A stretch of DNA of 64,000 nucleotides from Halorutilales archaeon Cl-col2-1 (GTDB lineage Archaea > Halobacteriota > Halobacteria > Halobacteriales > Afararchaeaceae): NCBI GenBank assembly GCA_041891055.1, contig CP169074.1, positions 32,001 through 96,000 of the forward strand. The letters are read 5' to 3'. The notes under the pieces are model-generated. The model was not told where the DNA came from. It saw only the letters and a list, made by a program, of their open reading frames with translations, and did no database searches. Both the position numbers and the translations under genes were made by a program. How positions within the stretch are numbered: position 1 is the first letter of the stretch; each line of letters opens with the position of its first letter. Below are positions 29,193-39,121 of the stretch, one piece after another.

Positions 29193-30410
29193 TTATATTT
29201 CCATCTTACGTTCGACTATCTCGCGGCAGTCGTCCTCTAACTCCTCGAGAGGGAGCTCTCCGAAGACGGGCTCGAAGAATCCCTCAACTATTCTGCGTCT
29301 CACCGTCTCCTCGTCGAGACCCCGCGACCTCATGTAGAACATCTCCTCGTCGTCTATCCTACCGACTGTTGCGGCGTGAGAGCATTTGACGTCGTTGTTG
29401 TCGATCTCGAGACGCGGCGACGCGTCAGCCTCCGCCTTGTCACTCACGAGTAGGACGTTCTCTGTCTGGTAGGCGTCGACGTTGTAAGCGGGCTCGGAGA
29501 CCTCTATGGTGCCCTCGTAGGCACCCACCGCCTCGTCGTCTAAGACTCCTCTCGTGAACATGTCACAGACGGAGTTGGGAGCGTCGTGGCGTGTACGTGT
29601 CTCTACGTCGAAGTGCTGGTCTCCCGTTCCGAAGAAGAGACCCAGGTTCTCGGTGTCGGCTCCCTCTCCCTCTATCACCGTGCTCACGGTCGACTTCGTG
29701 AGAGCGGTTCCGAAACAGCCGTCTATCCAGTTGACACTCGCGTCTCTTCCCGCTGTCCCTCTCTTGACCGTGTACTGGTACGAGTCCTCGGAGAGATCCT
29801 GTACGGCTCCGTAGTTGACCTCGGCTCCGTCTCCTGCGTGTACTTCGACAATGTTCGAGAAGTACGACTCGTCTCCTCCCTCGATACTCTCGGAGACGTT
29901 GACCTTGGCGTTATCCTCGACGACGACGAGTGTGTGACTGAACTGTACCGTGTCGTCCACGACGGTCTGGGTCGAGAGAATCTCGTCGACCTCGACGCCC
30001 TCGGGAACGTAGACGAAGACACCGTCGGTAACTGCGGCGGCGTGTATAGCAGTGAAACGGTTGTCGTCCCATCTCACAGCCTTGTTCATCAGGTTCTCAC
30101 GTACGAGATCCTCGTGTTCTTCGAGTGCTGTCTCGAAGTCGGTGAGGACGACTCCCTCGGGCAGATCGGCTTCGTTAGTCTCGATCTGCCTCTGGGTCGT
30201 ACCCTCTCCCTTAGCGAGCGACCTCGCTGTTAGCTCTCCTAAGTCGGTCCAGACCTTTCCGGGTGTGGTTATGACCTTCGGGAACGGGAGGTCTTCGTAC
30301 GACTCCCATGCTTCGAGTCTTCTGTTCGTGAGCCAGTCGGGCTCGTCTCTCGACTCGGAGACCTCAAGTACGTGGTCTCGGTCGAGCTTCTGTTGGGGTT
30401 CTGCGCTCAT
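29193..30410 (-). CDS. sufD: Fe-S cluster assembly protein SufD
   Basis: PRLEIDNNDVKCSHAATVG, FYMRSRG, IVEGFF. Confidence 0.92.
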   Translation of the reverse strand: MSAEPQQKLDRDHVLEVSESRDEPDWLTNRRLEAWESYEDLPFPKVITTPGKVWTDLGELTARSLAKGEGTTQRQIETNEADLPEGVVLTDFETALEEHEDLVRENLMNKAVRWDDNRFTAIHAAAVTDGVFVYVPEGVEVDEILSTQTVVDDTVQFSHTLVVVEDNAKVNVSESIEGGDESYFSNIVEVHAGDGAEVNYGAVQDLSEDSYQYTVKRGTAGRDASVNWIDGCFGTALTKSTVSTVIEGEGADTENLGLFFGTGDQHFDVETRTRHDAPNSVCDMFTRGVLDDEAVGAYEGTIEVSEPAYNVDAYQTENVLLVSDKAEADASPRLEIDNNDVKCSHAATVGRIDDEEMFYMRSRGLDEETVRRRIVEGFFEPVFGELPLEELEDDCREIVERKMEI

Positions 30411-30461
30411 TGTCTTTGTCTTGTGGTGTGGTTACGTCGTTTTAAAATACAACTGTTGTTT

Positions 30462-31874
30462 CTATCCGAGTGATCCTTCCATCTCGAGCTCTATGAGACG
30501 GTTTAGCTCGACGGCGTACTCAAGAGGTAGCTCGTCGGTTATGGGCTCTATGAAGCCCGAGACGACCATCTGCATAGCCTCGTCGTCCTCTATTCCGCGT
30601 GACTGGAGGTAGAATATGTCCTCGTCTCCTATGCTTCCGACAGTCGCCTCGTGTGCCATGTCGACGTCCGACTCGTTGATCTCCTCGTAAGGCATCGTGT
30701 CGCTCACCGACTCGTCGTCGAGCATCAGTGCGTCACAGTCGACGCTCGATTTGACGCCCTTCGCTCCCTCGGAGACACGTACGAGTCCTCTGTAGTTCGT
30801 CCTTCCGCCGTCCATCGATATCGACTTCGACTCTATCGTCGACGACGTGTCGGGCGCGAGGTGTGAGACCTTAGCTCCCGTGTCTATGTCCTGACCCTCT
30901 CCCGCGAAAGCGACCGAGATCTGACGCGCGTTGGCGTTTCTTCCCTTGAGAACCGACATCGGGTAGAGCATCGTCGTCTTCGATCCCATCGATCCCGATA
31001 TCCACTCCATCGTTCCGTTCTCCTCGACGAGTGCGCGTTTCGTGTTGAGGTTGTAGGTGTTCTTGCTCCAGTTCTGAACTGTCGAGTACTTGACACGTGC
31101 GTTCTCGTCGACGAAGACCTCGACACATCCCGCGTGGAGGTTGTGGCTGGTGTACTGGGGAGCCGAACATCCCTCTATGTAATGAACTTCAGCACCTTCC
31201 TCGGCGATTATGAGGGTGTGCTCGAACTGTCCCATTCCCTCGGTGTTCATACGGAAGTACGCCTGTATAGGCATCTCGACAGTGACTCCTTCGGGGACAT
31301 AGACGAACGACCCACCCGAGTGTACCGCGCCGTGTAGAGCGGCGAACTTGTTGTCGCTCGGGGGGACTGCCTGTGTCATGAAGTACTCCTTCACGAGATC
31401 CTCGTGCTCCTGTATCGCTGTGTCTATGTCGGTGAAGACGACTCCCTTCGACTCCCACTGCTCCTTCATGTTCTGGTAGACGACCTCCGACTCGTACTGG
31501 GCACCGACTCCGCCGAGTGCCTTCTGTTCCGCCTCGGGGATACCGAGCTTGTCGAAGGTGTCCTTTATGTCGTCGGGAACCTCGTCCCAGTCCTGCTCCG
31601 ATTCCGACTCGTCAGCGCGGAGGTAGGTCACTATCTCGTCTATCTTGAGATCCGACAGGTCGGGACCCCAGTCGGGCATCGGCATCTCCTTGAAATGCTC
31701 GAGAGCGTTGAGACGTCTCTCGAGCATCCAGTCGGGCTCGCCTTTCTCCTCTGAGATCTCACGTATTATCTCCTCCGAGAGACCCTTCTCACTCTTGTAC
31801 TCCGACCTCTCGGGGTTGCGGTGGTCGAACCTCTCCCTCTGGGCTTTTTCTAACTCTCTTGTGTCTGAGCTCAT
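30462..31874 (-). CDS. sufB: Fe-S cluster assembly protein SufB
   Basis: GAQYESE, GQFEHTLII, HYIEGC, STVQNWS, HEATV, LPLEYAVELNRLI. Confidence 0.97.
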   Translation of the reverse strand: MSSDTRELEKAQRERFDHRNPERSEYKSEKGLSEEIIREISEEKGEPDWMLERRLNALEHFKEMPMPDWGPDLSDLKIDEIVTYLRADESESEQDWDEVPDDIKDTFDKLGIPEAEQKALGGVGAQYESEVVYQNMKEQWESKGVVFTDIDTAIQEHEDLVKEYFMTQAVPPSDNKFAALHGAVHSGGSFVYVPEGVTVEMPIQAYFRMNTEGMGQFEHTLIIAEEGAEVHYIEGCSAPQYTSHNLHAGCVEVFVDENARVKYSTVQNWSKNTYNLNTKRALVEENGTMEWISGSMGSKTTMLYPMSVLKGRNANARQISVAFAGEGQDIDTGAKVSHLAPDTSSTIESKSISMDGGRTNYRGLVRVSEGAKGVKSSVDCDALMLDDESVSDTMPYEEINESDVDMAHEATVGSIGDEDIFYLQSRGIEDDEAMQMVVSGFIEPITDELPLEYAVELNRLIELEMEGSLG

Positions 31875-32022
31875 GTTATCACTTGTAAGTATAAGGACTT
31901 ACCATTTTGAAAGTAGTCTGTCTTCCGCTTAAGTCTTACGTGTTGGGGACTGTCTAAAGTGTTTTCTCTTTGCCGCAGCCCGGAGACACAGCTAATAATA
32001 CCCGCCGACGCCTAAGACTTTC

Positions 32023-32742
32023 ATGGACACCGTCTCGGAGATACTCGAGGTTGGCGGCGACGCCGACGAAACCGCACTCCGATCACCCCCCGTCGAATCG
32101 TACTCGTGGGACACCTTCACGGCGACCGTGCGTAAGACCGCGAACCTCGCCTCAGGTCTGGGTCTGAGACGCGGTGACACCATCACAGTCTCCGACCACG
32201 ATACCCCAGAGTCCCTCTTTTTCTTTCTCGGTGCGTCTCTCATAGGTGCTCAGACAGTCTTCGGAGATGGAGACGAAGACGCTACCCTCACCGTAACTCC
32301 GTGCTCAGAGACTAAAGACGTATCTGCGACGCGTCTGTGTTACGGCGAGAAGCCTGACGACCCTGGGGTTACGCATTACGAGAGAGAGATCTGGGGGGAG
32401 AGTCCCCTCTTTCCCTCCGACAGACTCAGCCAACCCGACGACACCGTACTCCTCTCGGGTTCACGCCGGTACACACAGGAAGAACTTGTGACTGCGGCGG
32501 AGGAGGTCGCCGACGACTACGGAATAGCTGAGTACGACGAGGCTGTAACCGGTTCGGTATCGACACCCGAGACACTCGTAGCCGGGATTCTCGCGCCTCT
32601 GATCTCACGTACTACGGTGTCTCTCCCTGGGGATGGGAGCCGAGACTCCGACACAGACACCGACACTGATTCGGATGCTGTTCTACTCCGCCGAGGCGAC
32701 ACACAGAGAACTCTCGGGATCGAGTCGGTCTCTATAAAATAA
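32023..32742 (+). CDS. Truncated AMP-binding/acyl-CoA synthetase-like protein
   Basis: YSWDTF...RKTANL..LGLRRGD, FFLGASLIGA, HYEREIWGESPLFP; N-terminal ANL-like fold only, no P-loop seen. Confidence 0.55.
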   Translation: MDTVSEILEVGGDADETALRSPPVESYSWDTFTATVRKTANLASGLGLRRGDTITVSDHDTPESLFFFLGASLIGAQTVFGDGDEDATLTVTPCSETKDVSATRLCYGEKPDDPGVTHYEREIWGESPLFPSDRLSQPDDTVLLSGSRRYTQEELVTAAEEVADDYGIAEYDEAVTGSVSTPETLVAGILAPLISRTTVSLPGDGSRDSDTDTDTDSDAVLLRRGDTQRTLGIESVSIK

Positions 32743-32765
32743 AAGAAGCTGTCTGTTACTCTACT

Positions 32766-32978
32766 CTATTCGTTGTCGCTCGTCGCTACGCGTCTCACGT
32801 CGATAGCTCTTGGACCTTCTTCTGCCTCCTCAATCTCGAACTCGACTACGTCATCTTCGTCAATCTCGGCACCTAGAACCTCCGTGATATGGAAAAACAC
32901 GTCCTCGTCGCCGTCCTCACGCTCTATAAATCCGTAACTCTTCTCGTTGTGGAAGAATTTTACAGTACCTTCTGCCAT
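32766..32978 (-). CDS. Cold-shock domain protein
   Basis: MAEGTVKFF...YGFI...DVFFHIT...GPRA. Confidence 0.93.
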   Translation of the reverse strand: MAEGTVKFFHNEKSYGFIEREDGDEDVFFHITEVLGAEIDEDDVVEFEIEEAEEGPRAIDVRRVATSDNE

Positions 32979-33079
32979 TTGAGTTCTCCTTTGAGGTCTG
33001 TAGGTTCTTGGTCTTAAAAAGAATTCTGGTGGTCTTCCGTTTCCGTAAGTATAATCCGGGAACCTCCCCAACTCGGCGT

Positions 33080-33532
33080 ATGTCACTCATAGACAACGTG
33101 ATGGCGTCGCTTCACGTGATATTTGCCGCAGTCTGGATAGGAAGTGCCCTCTTCATGGCGGGGGTTGTTGTACCCGCCGCGCGCGACGGGAAGATGAGTG
33201 CTGAACTCGCGTCGCACGTCGCCGACAGGTTCTCTCTCGTCTCGATCGTCGGCTCCGCAGTCATGTTCGTGACGGGAGGACATATGGCTGGCACGATGTA
33301 TACCTTTGGTGCCCTCCTCAACACAGTCGGCGGCAACCTCGTTCTTACTATGGTCGTCCTCTGGTTCCTGATCTCGGGATTCCTACATATGGCGACGAAG
33401 AGGTTCAAGGACGGAGTCGACGAAGACAGGGTCAGGACACCGGCTAAGAACAGCTTAGTCTGGTACAGGATCTCGGCGGTTCTCGGATTCCTCCTTCTCG
33501 TGAACGGCGCGCTCCTCAGCTTCGTGTATTAG
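33080..33532 (+). CDS. CopD-like 4-TM membrane protein
   Basis: LHVIFAAVWIGS, TGGHMA, four hydrophobic segments. Confidence 0.65.
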   Translation: MSLIDNVMASLHVIFAAVWIGSALFMAGVVVPAARDGKMSAELASHVADRFSLVSIVGSAVMFVTGGHMAGTMYTFGALLNTVGGNLVLTMVVLWFLISGFLHMATKRFKDGVDEDRVRTPAKNSLVWYRISAVLGFLLLVNGALLSFVY

Positions 33533-33535
33533 AGA

Positions 33536-34327
33536 TCAGTCACTCGTCCTTACGAGACGGTGTTCGATACCTTCTGACTGGAGCCTGTCTGTCAGACCTC
33601 CGGTTCTGTCCTCGACTACACAGACGACCGCCGAGACACCGTTGAGACATGCCTCGACGACTCCTTCCTCGACTCCGTACCGAATGTAGTCTTCGACCCC
33701 TGACTTTTCGAGTGCGACCTCGGCTTCGGTTCCGAGTCCGAATACGACATCGGCGTCGTTGGTTTCATTTCTGACGACGTCTGTCTCGACTTCTCGGCTT
33801 CCGCCGTCCTCGACCGAGGGAACCTGAAGGACTGTAACCGAACCCGGCTCCATCTCTATCAGACCCTCGAACTCGGTTATTCCGACGTCCTCGCCTTCTT
33901 CGGCGGCTGTGACGGCTACGGCAGTCGGAGAGTCGTCGCCGTCGGCGCGTGATACGTACATCCTCCCTTTCTCCATCTCTATGCTCACTCTGTCGCCCTC
34001 GTCTATCTCCTCCCTTGCAACAGCCGTCTCCACGAATACCTCCCCCATTACGTCACCCGTGACGTGTTCGAGGTAGTCGTCTAGCTCCTCAGCGTGCGAG
34101 AGTATTAGGTCAGCGCCTTCCTTAGTCACCGTGTACCTTCCGCGCGCGAGGTTCTCGACGAGACCCTCGTCGACGAGGTAATGCATGTGATCCGAGACAG
34201 CCTGCGGGGTTATACCTATGCTGTCGGCTATCTCCGTCTGGCTTATAGCGGGCTGGTTCTCCGCAATCTGAACGAGTATCTGGAACCTGGTTATCTCCCT
34301 CTTGTCGTTGAGAAGTCGGCTCTTCAT
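33536..34327 (-). CDS. Archaeal winged-HTH (MarR-like) transcriptional regulator
   Basis: QPAISQTEIADSIGITPQAVSDHM...GRYTVTKEG. Confidence 0.85.
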   Translation of the reverse strand: MKSRLLNDKREITRFQILVQIAENQPAISQTEIADSIGITPQAVSDHMHYLVDEGLVENLARGRYTVTKEGADLILSHAEELDDYLEHVTGDVMGEVFVETAVAREEIDEGDRVSIEMEKGRMYVSRADGDDSPTAVAVTAAEEGEDVGITEFEGLIEMEPGSVTVLQVPSVEDGGSREVETDVVRNETNDADVVFGLGTEAEVALEKSGVEDYIRYGVEEGVVEACLNGVSAVVCVVEDRTGGLTDRLQSEGIEHRLVRTSD

Positions 34328-34426
34328 TAACTGATCTTGGCGCGTATAGACGTGTTCGAGACTAATCTATCTTGCCAAGCCGTCCTCGACTAAAGATATA
34401 TTAAGCGTGAGCGTGATTAAGACGCC

Positions 34427-35479
34427 ATGGACTCTCCAACGAACAGGAGAAGGTTCCTCGCGTCTGTCGGTGTCTTAGCCTTGGCGGGCTGTGTTCAGGC
34501 AACGGATCAGCAGAACGGGAACCAGACTGATGGGGGCGGAGACTCCGAAAACGGCTCCGGAGGTGGTTCCGAAGGCGGAGACAGTGGTAACGACAACGCC
34601 GGAGACACGTCTCAGAACGAGACACAGAACGAGACGGCGAACGAGACTGCCGAGGTCGAGGAGGAGGTCGACTACGTCTCGGAGCCGAGAAGGGACAGAC
34701 GTGTGAGCTTAGTCCGTGACTCGGTAATGGTTCAACACGGTGGTGGGACAAGTGGCGATGTGATAGGTGAGGTCGAGAACACAGGGAACGTTCCCCTCAT
34801 GGGAAGCGACGTCGAGATCGTCGGAAACATGATCGACAACGACGGTATCGAGATACTGAGGGGTGAGACTAACCCGGAGGACGTCTATTTCGAGCCGGGC
34901 GAGACGTTACCCTTCAAGTTCACCGTGAGTGAGAAGTCGGGAGTCATCGACAGCCAGAGGATACGTGAGACCATAAAGGAACGTCTGGAAGCGGCGGAAC
35001 AGCTCTCGAAGTTCGGACAGAGAATCGCGGACAACCTACATCTCGAAGCCAACGTTGTGTCCAAGTCGGAGATAGACATACCAATACCTAGGAGACATTT
35101 CGGAGCTGACGTCCTTGAACTCCTCGAAGGCGAGATCGTCGAAGTCAATACGTCGGTTACTTCCGAGGGAAGTATACTCCCGGAGTTCGGGGAGCCCAAG
35201 TTCGAACTCCGTCTCAACAACCTCTCGGGAATGGAGATAAGGAACCTCGGCGTCATGATGATACTCAGGAAATCGGGGTCGACCCCCCACGTTGTCTCCT
35301 TCATAATTAACAGCTATACCATAGAAGCCGATAGCAGGGGTACTCAGAGGCGGGTGGAGGACGTCAACATGAACAGCGGCACGACTCTAAATAACGTCCC
35401 GGTCTCCGAGGTCGGCGACCCTGAGATACGTATAACTCTCTATGAGAACACCGAAATAGTAGCTGCGGACGCTGAATAG
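34427..35479 (+). CDS. Tat-exported lipoprotein, hypothetical
   Basis: NRRRFL twin-arginine motif, LAGC lipobox, Gly/Ser/Asn-rich linker, Ig-like GEVENTG segment. Confidence 0.8.
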   Translation: MDSPTNRRRFLASVGVLALAGCVQATDQQNGNQTDGGGDSENGSGGGSEGGDSGNDNAGDTSQNETQNETANETAEVEEEVDYVSEPRRDRRVSLVRDSVMVQHGGGTSGDVIGEVENTGNVPLMGSDVEIVGNMIDNDGIEILRGETNPEDVYFEPGETLPFKFTVSEKSGVIDSQRIRETIKERLEAAEQLSKFGQRIADNLHLEANVVSKSEIDIPIPRRHFGADVLELLEGEIVEVNTSVTSEGSILPEFGEPKFELRLNNLSGMEIRNLGVMMILRKSGSTPHVVSFIINSYTIEADSRGTQRRVEDVNMNSGTTLNNVPVSEVGDPEIRITLYENTEIVAADAE

Positions 35480-35489
35480 ACTGCCTACT

Positions 35490-35816
35490 CTACACTTCTT
35501 CTAGGTGCTCTATTCCCTTCTTGCTCACGTTCGCCTCTGTGATCTCGTCGGGCATCCAGTCGGGCTTGTTCTCGGGGGCTTCCTCCTCCCAAGACCACGC
35601 GTCGTATATGTGTACCTTGTCGGTACCCTTCTCACGCAGACGTATCTCAGTCGCGTTGTCCTTTGCGTCTTCCTCCGACCCATAGACGTCGTCGAGCCTT
35701 CTTGCGGCTTTGAGCGCAGCCTGTCTAGGCGTGTTGCCGCTGAAAACGCTTGTCTCTTGACCGTCCTCTCTTAGTGCGAAGTTTCTTTTACCGTCTTCTC
35801 TTACCATTTTTGGCAC
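35490..35816 (-). CDS. Non-histone chromosomal protein MC1
   Basis: RNFALR...VFSGNTPRQAALKAARR...LREKGTDKVHIY...PDWMP. Confidence 0.93.
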   Translation of the reverse strand: MPKMVREDGKRNFALREDGQETSVFSGNTPRQAALKAARRLDDVYGSEEDAKDNATEIRLREKGTDKVHIYDAWSWEEEAPENKPDWMPDEITEANVSKKGIEHLEEV

Positions 35817-35937
35817 ACCGTATGGGGAAGTCTATTCCGTACTGTAATATTAAATTAACGGCGGTCTGCATCTATTTCGCCGAAAGATACTTAAGACAAG
35901 ATAGAAGGAGGGGGCGAAACAGACCCAACCGCGCGGA

Positions 35938-37149
35938 TCACGTCGTCGTTATGATATCGTCGACGACGTCATTGACTCCCATCGCTATTCCCTCGACCTC
36001 TATGCCGCCTTTACCCTTCGCGGCGTCGCCCACTACGTAGACGTCGTCGATCGGCGTCTCAGTTCCCGCCTTGTAGCCGTTCGCAACTCGGTTGACGGGC
36101 CAGTCTCCCTTGTAGCCCTGTGACAGGAGTATCTCGTAGTCGGCGTCGGGGAAGATATCTTCGAGGTCTGACTTCGCCTTACGTATCGCTTCGCCTGCCG
36201 TCTCTTCGTCGGGGTTCCAGCTCATATGTGCCTCCGTGAGATGTTTGCCGTCGGGCGCAAGGCTCGGGTCGGCGTGTGTGACCTCGTTTATGCCGTCTAT
36301 CCTCTCGGCGTCGGGAGCGAAGAGTATCCCGTTGTAACCCAGGAGAGGCTCGTCGACTCCTAAGCTCATCTTTATTCCCGGCGACGGCGGGCGACTCTCC
36401 GCTTCTTCGAGGTAGTCGTCGTCCCCCATCAGACGCGCTGTGATACGGTGTCCTGCGTTCGAGATTACGTAGTCGGCTTCGACCGTCTCGCCGTCGACTG
36501 TGATCTCGCCCTCGTCTATCGCCTCGACCTCGTGTCTCGTATGTATCTCGCCACCCTCCGACTCCACGACGTCGGCGAGTGCGTCGACGACTCCCGAACA
36601 GCCGCCCTTCGGAACCCCGGGCATCCCGTACTTCTTAGTGTTCTTCATTATGGCGTAGATCTCGTCGACGGGCATCTCCTCCGCCGTCAGAGAACATGAC
36701 CAGCCACAGAAGGCGTCGGCTACGTCACGCATCTCACCGCTCGTGATGTCGTCGAGATTCCTCCCTCTCATGAGACCGTACCACGCTCTGAGATACCACA
36801 GGGCGTTCTTGACGAGACCGTACTTGCCGAATACGTACTCGTTCATGGGGACGTCGTCGCGGTCGTCCTCGAAACGTATCTTAGCCGCGGGATCGCATTC
36901 GACTATTTCGACGTCCGCGCCTACGTCGTCGAGTATCCTTCCGAGAGGACCCGTGGCTCCATGAGGGATCATATGGAGCGCCCCGCTCGTAAGCTCGTAG
37001 CCCTCGTACTCGAGGTTGCGGAAACGTCCTCCTATCTCGTAGTTCTTCTCGAAGACCTCGACCTCGAAGCCCTCCCTCGCGAGCTTAGCGCCCGCTGAGA
37101 GACCTCCGATCCCCGCGCCGACGACGACGGCTCTGGGTTTCGTAGCCAT
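35938..37149 (-). CDS. FAD-dependent oxidoreductase, phytoene desaturase-like family
   Basis: VVGAGIGGL, GALHMIPHGATGPL, PKGGC, VVGDAAKGKGGIEVEG. Confidence 0.82.
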   Translation of the reverse strand: MATKPRAVVVGAGIGGLSAGAKLAREGFEVEVFEKNYEIGGRFRNLEYEGYELTSGALHMIPHGATGPLGRILDDVGADVEIVECDPAAKIRFEDDRDDVPMNEYVFGKYGLVKNALWYLRAWYGLMRGRNLDDITSGEMRDVADAFCGWSCSLTAEEMPVDEIYAIMKNTKKYGMPGVPKGGCSGVVDALADVVESEGGEIHTRHEVEAIDEGEITVDGETVEADYVISNAGHRITARLMGDDDYLEEAESRPPSPGIKMSLGVDEPLLGYNGILFAPDAERIDGINEVTHADPSLAPDGKHLTEAHMSWNPDEETAGEAIRKAKSDLEDIFPDADYEILLSQGYKGDWPVNRVANGYKAGTETPIDDVYVVGDAAKGKGGIEVEGIAMGVNDVVDDIITTT

Positions 37150-37160
37150 TAATTCGTTAC

Positions 37161-38198
37161 TTACAGGATTCTCTCGGCTATGACCTCAGCGTTGAGTAGG
37201 CTCGCTCCTGCCGCGCCTCTTACCGTGTTGTGTGCGAGACACGAGTACTTTGTTCCCTTCGTGTCGTCACGTACTCTTCCGACACTCACCGACATTCCGT
37301 TCCCCGCGTTCCTGTCGAGTCTCGGCTGTGGTCTGTCGGGCTCGTCGTGGACTATGATCGTCTGGTCGGGAGCCGTCGGGAGATCGAGAGTGTTGAAGCT
37401 ACGGAATGCCTCCTTTAGCTCGTCGACTGTTGGATCTTCGTCTAGCTCGCCCCAGACGTTTTCGAGATGTCCGTCGAATGTAGCGACGCGGTTACACGAA
37501 GCCGAGATGTCGATCTCAGCCTCGTCTATCTCGGAGCCGTTGAACTCGCCGAGTATCTTGAGGGGCTCTGTCTCTATCTTCTTCTCCTCGTTGCTTATGT
37601 AGGGGATGACGTTGTCGAGTATCTCCATGCTACTGACTCCCGAGTACCCGGCTCCGCTGACCGCCTGGAGCGTCGCGACGACGACACGTGAGAGACCGAA
37701 CTCACGCAGAGCGGCTATCGTCGGCGTCATCGTGATCGCAGAACAGTTGGGGTTTTTGACTATGCCGCCGTCCCAGCCTCTCTCGTCGGACTGAACTTCG
37801 AGGAGGTCAAGATGGTCGGCATTTATCTCGGGTATAACGAGGGGTATGTCGTCTTCCATACGTGCCCATCCCGCGTTCGACGCCACTATGTATCCCTCAT
37901 CTGCGAAGGCGGGCTCGACCTCCTGTGCCGCCGACGACGGAAGCGCGCTGAAGACTATATCGACGTCGTCGTCGACATCGTCGGGCTGCGTCACTCCTAC
38001 CTCCAACTCCTTAGCCATCTCGGGGAGACGTGAGTCGAGTCTCCAGTCGACTACCTCCTCGTAGGTCTTTCCTGCGGAAGACTCGCTCGCTGTGACCGAC
38101 GCTAGCTCGAACCACGGGTGGTCGTCGAGAAGCTGTATGAAACGCTGTCCCACGTTTCCGGTTGCTCCTAGGACTCCGACTTTCGTGTTGTTAGTCAT
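37161..38198 (-). CDS. asd: Aspartate-semialdehyde dehydrogenase
   Basis: GATGNVGQ, NPNCS, QAVSGAG, CNRV...GH, HNTVRGAAG. Confidence 0.96.
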   Translation of the reverse strand: MTNNTKVGVLGATGNVGQRFIQLLDDHPWFELASVTASESSAGKTYEEVVDWRLDSRLPEMAKELEVGVTQPDDVDDDVDIVFSALPSSAAQEVEPAFADEGYIVASNAGWARMEDDIPLVIPEINADHLDLLEVQSDERGWDGGIVKNPNCSAITMTPTIAALREFGLSRVVVATLQAVSGAGYSGVSSMEILDNVIPYISNEEKKIETEPLKILGEFNGSEIDEAEIDISASCNRVATFDGHLENVWGELDEDPTVDELKEAFRSFNTLDLPTAPDQTIIVHDEPDRPQPRLDRNAGNGMSVSVGRVRDDTKGTKYSCLAHNTVRGAAGASLLNAEVIAERIL

Positions 38199-38234
38199 GT
38201 ATCTGGTGGAGAACTCCCAAAGCCTAAACCTTTT

Positions 38235-38531
38235 CTATGTTTCGACTCCGAGGAGAAGAGCGGCTATCCTGTGTAGAAAGACGCCGGTTATTACGACTAC
38301 GATAGCGACCCTGTGGTTCACTGCGAGTAAAGACCATCCGAGGCTGAAGACCGAAGATACGAATAGACGGCTCGTCTCGTTCCTCGAAGCTTCTTTCCAC
38401 TCGTCTGCTGACTCGGACTCCGAAGATCCTCTCCGGGCTATCCAGAGCCAGTATACCCTGTGTACGACACCCAAGAAAGGAACGTAGTCCACCAGACTGC
38501 TTCTTCCCCAGTCCCTCTTAGACTTCTCCAT
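38235..38531 (-). CDS. Small hypothetical membrane protein
   Basis: 98-aa ORF with hydrophobic segments filling the gap between DUF555 and asd. Confidence 0.5.
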   Translation of the reverse strand: MEKSKRDWGRSSLVDYVPFLGVVHRVYWLWIARRGSSESESADEWKEASRNETSRLFVSSVFSLGWSLLAVNHRVAIVVVITGVFLHRIAALLLGVET

Positions 38532-38544
38532 TCCGGCTGCTGAG

Positions 38545-38973
38545 TTACTCTTCGAGTATGTCGTCAAGACCCGGAAGATCGCCTTCCTCTCCCTCACTTG
38601 TCTCGGCTCCGGCTTCGACTTCTTCGACTTCCTCTTCTTCTATCTCCTCGACCTCAGTGACCTTGAGTGGTATGTCGGAGAGCTTCTGACCTATCTCCTT
38701 ACGAGCGACTCGTGAGGCGTGTTCCTCGCTCTCGACGTTGAACACCTTCATCTCAAGCTCGAGAGCCACGAGACCCTCATCTGCGGCTATGAAAGCGGGG
38801 TCTTGTTCGGCTCCACACTCCTCACACTCCCTGTCGCCTACGTTGATCTCGACGTAGTTGAGGTCGGGATTGAGCATGTCTCCGACCTTGCTTATCGCAA
38901 TCCTGACTGCCTCGTCGCTTGTCTCTACGTCGTAAACCGGTACTGCTGCTTCAACGACTACTTTGTAGTTCAT
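38545..38973 (-). CDS. UPF0212/DUF555 protein
   Basis: VVEAAVPVYDV...AVRIAISK...CEEC...VFNVESEEHASRVA. Confidence 0.88.
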   Translation of the reverse strand: MNYKVVVEAAVPVYDVETSDEAVRIAISKVGDMLNPDLNYVEINVGDRECEECGAEQDPAFIAADEGLVALELEMKVFNVESEEHASRVARKEIGQKLSDIPLKVTEVEEIEEEEVEEVEAGAETSEGEEGDLPGLDDILEE

Positions 38974-39121
38974 GGTTTTACCTTCTCTCCTGCGTCTGCA
39001 ACATCTGAACGCCTTTACTGCGGCGTGTTATTTATATTCCTTAGTAGAACCTCAAAAATCTTCCGCTGTTTTGGGTAGGTCAACGAAGCCTTTAATAAGT
39101 TCACAGACTCGGTTTAACCCA

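Noticed and set aside
21847-31874. Inteins in RtcB or SufB
   Set aside because: Both proteins have normal length and contiguous motifs.
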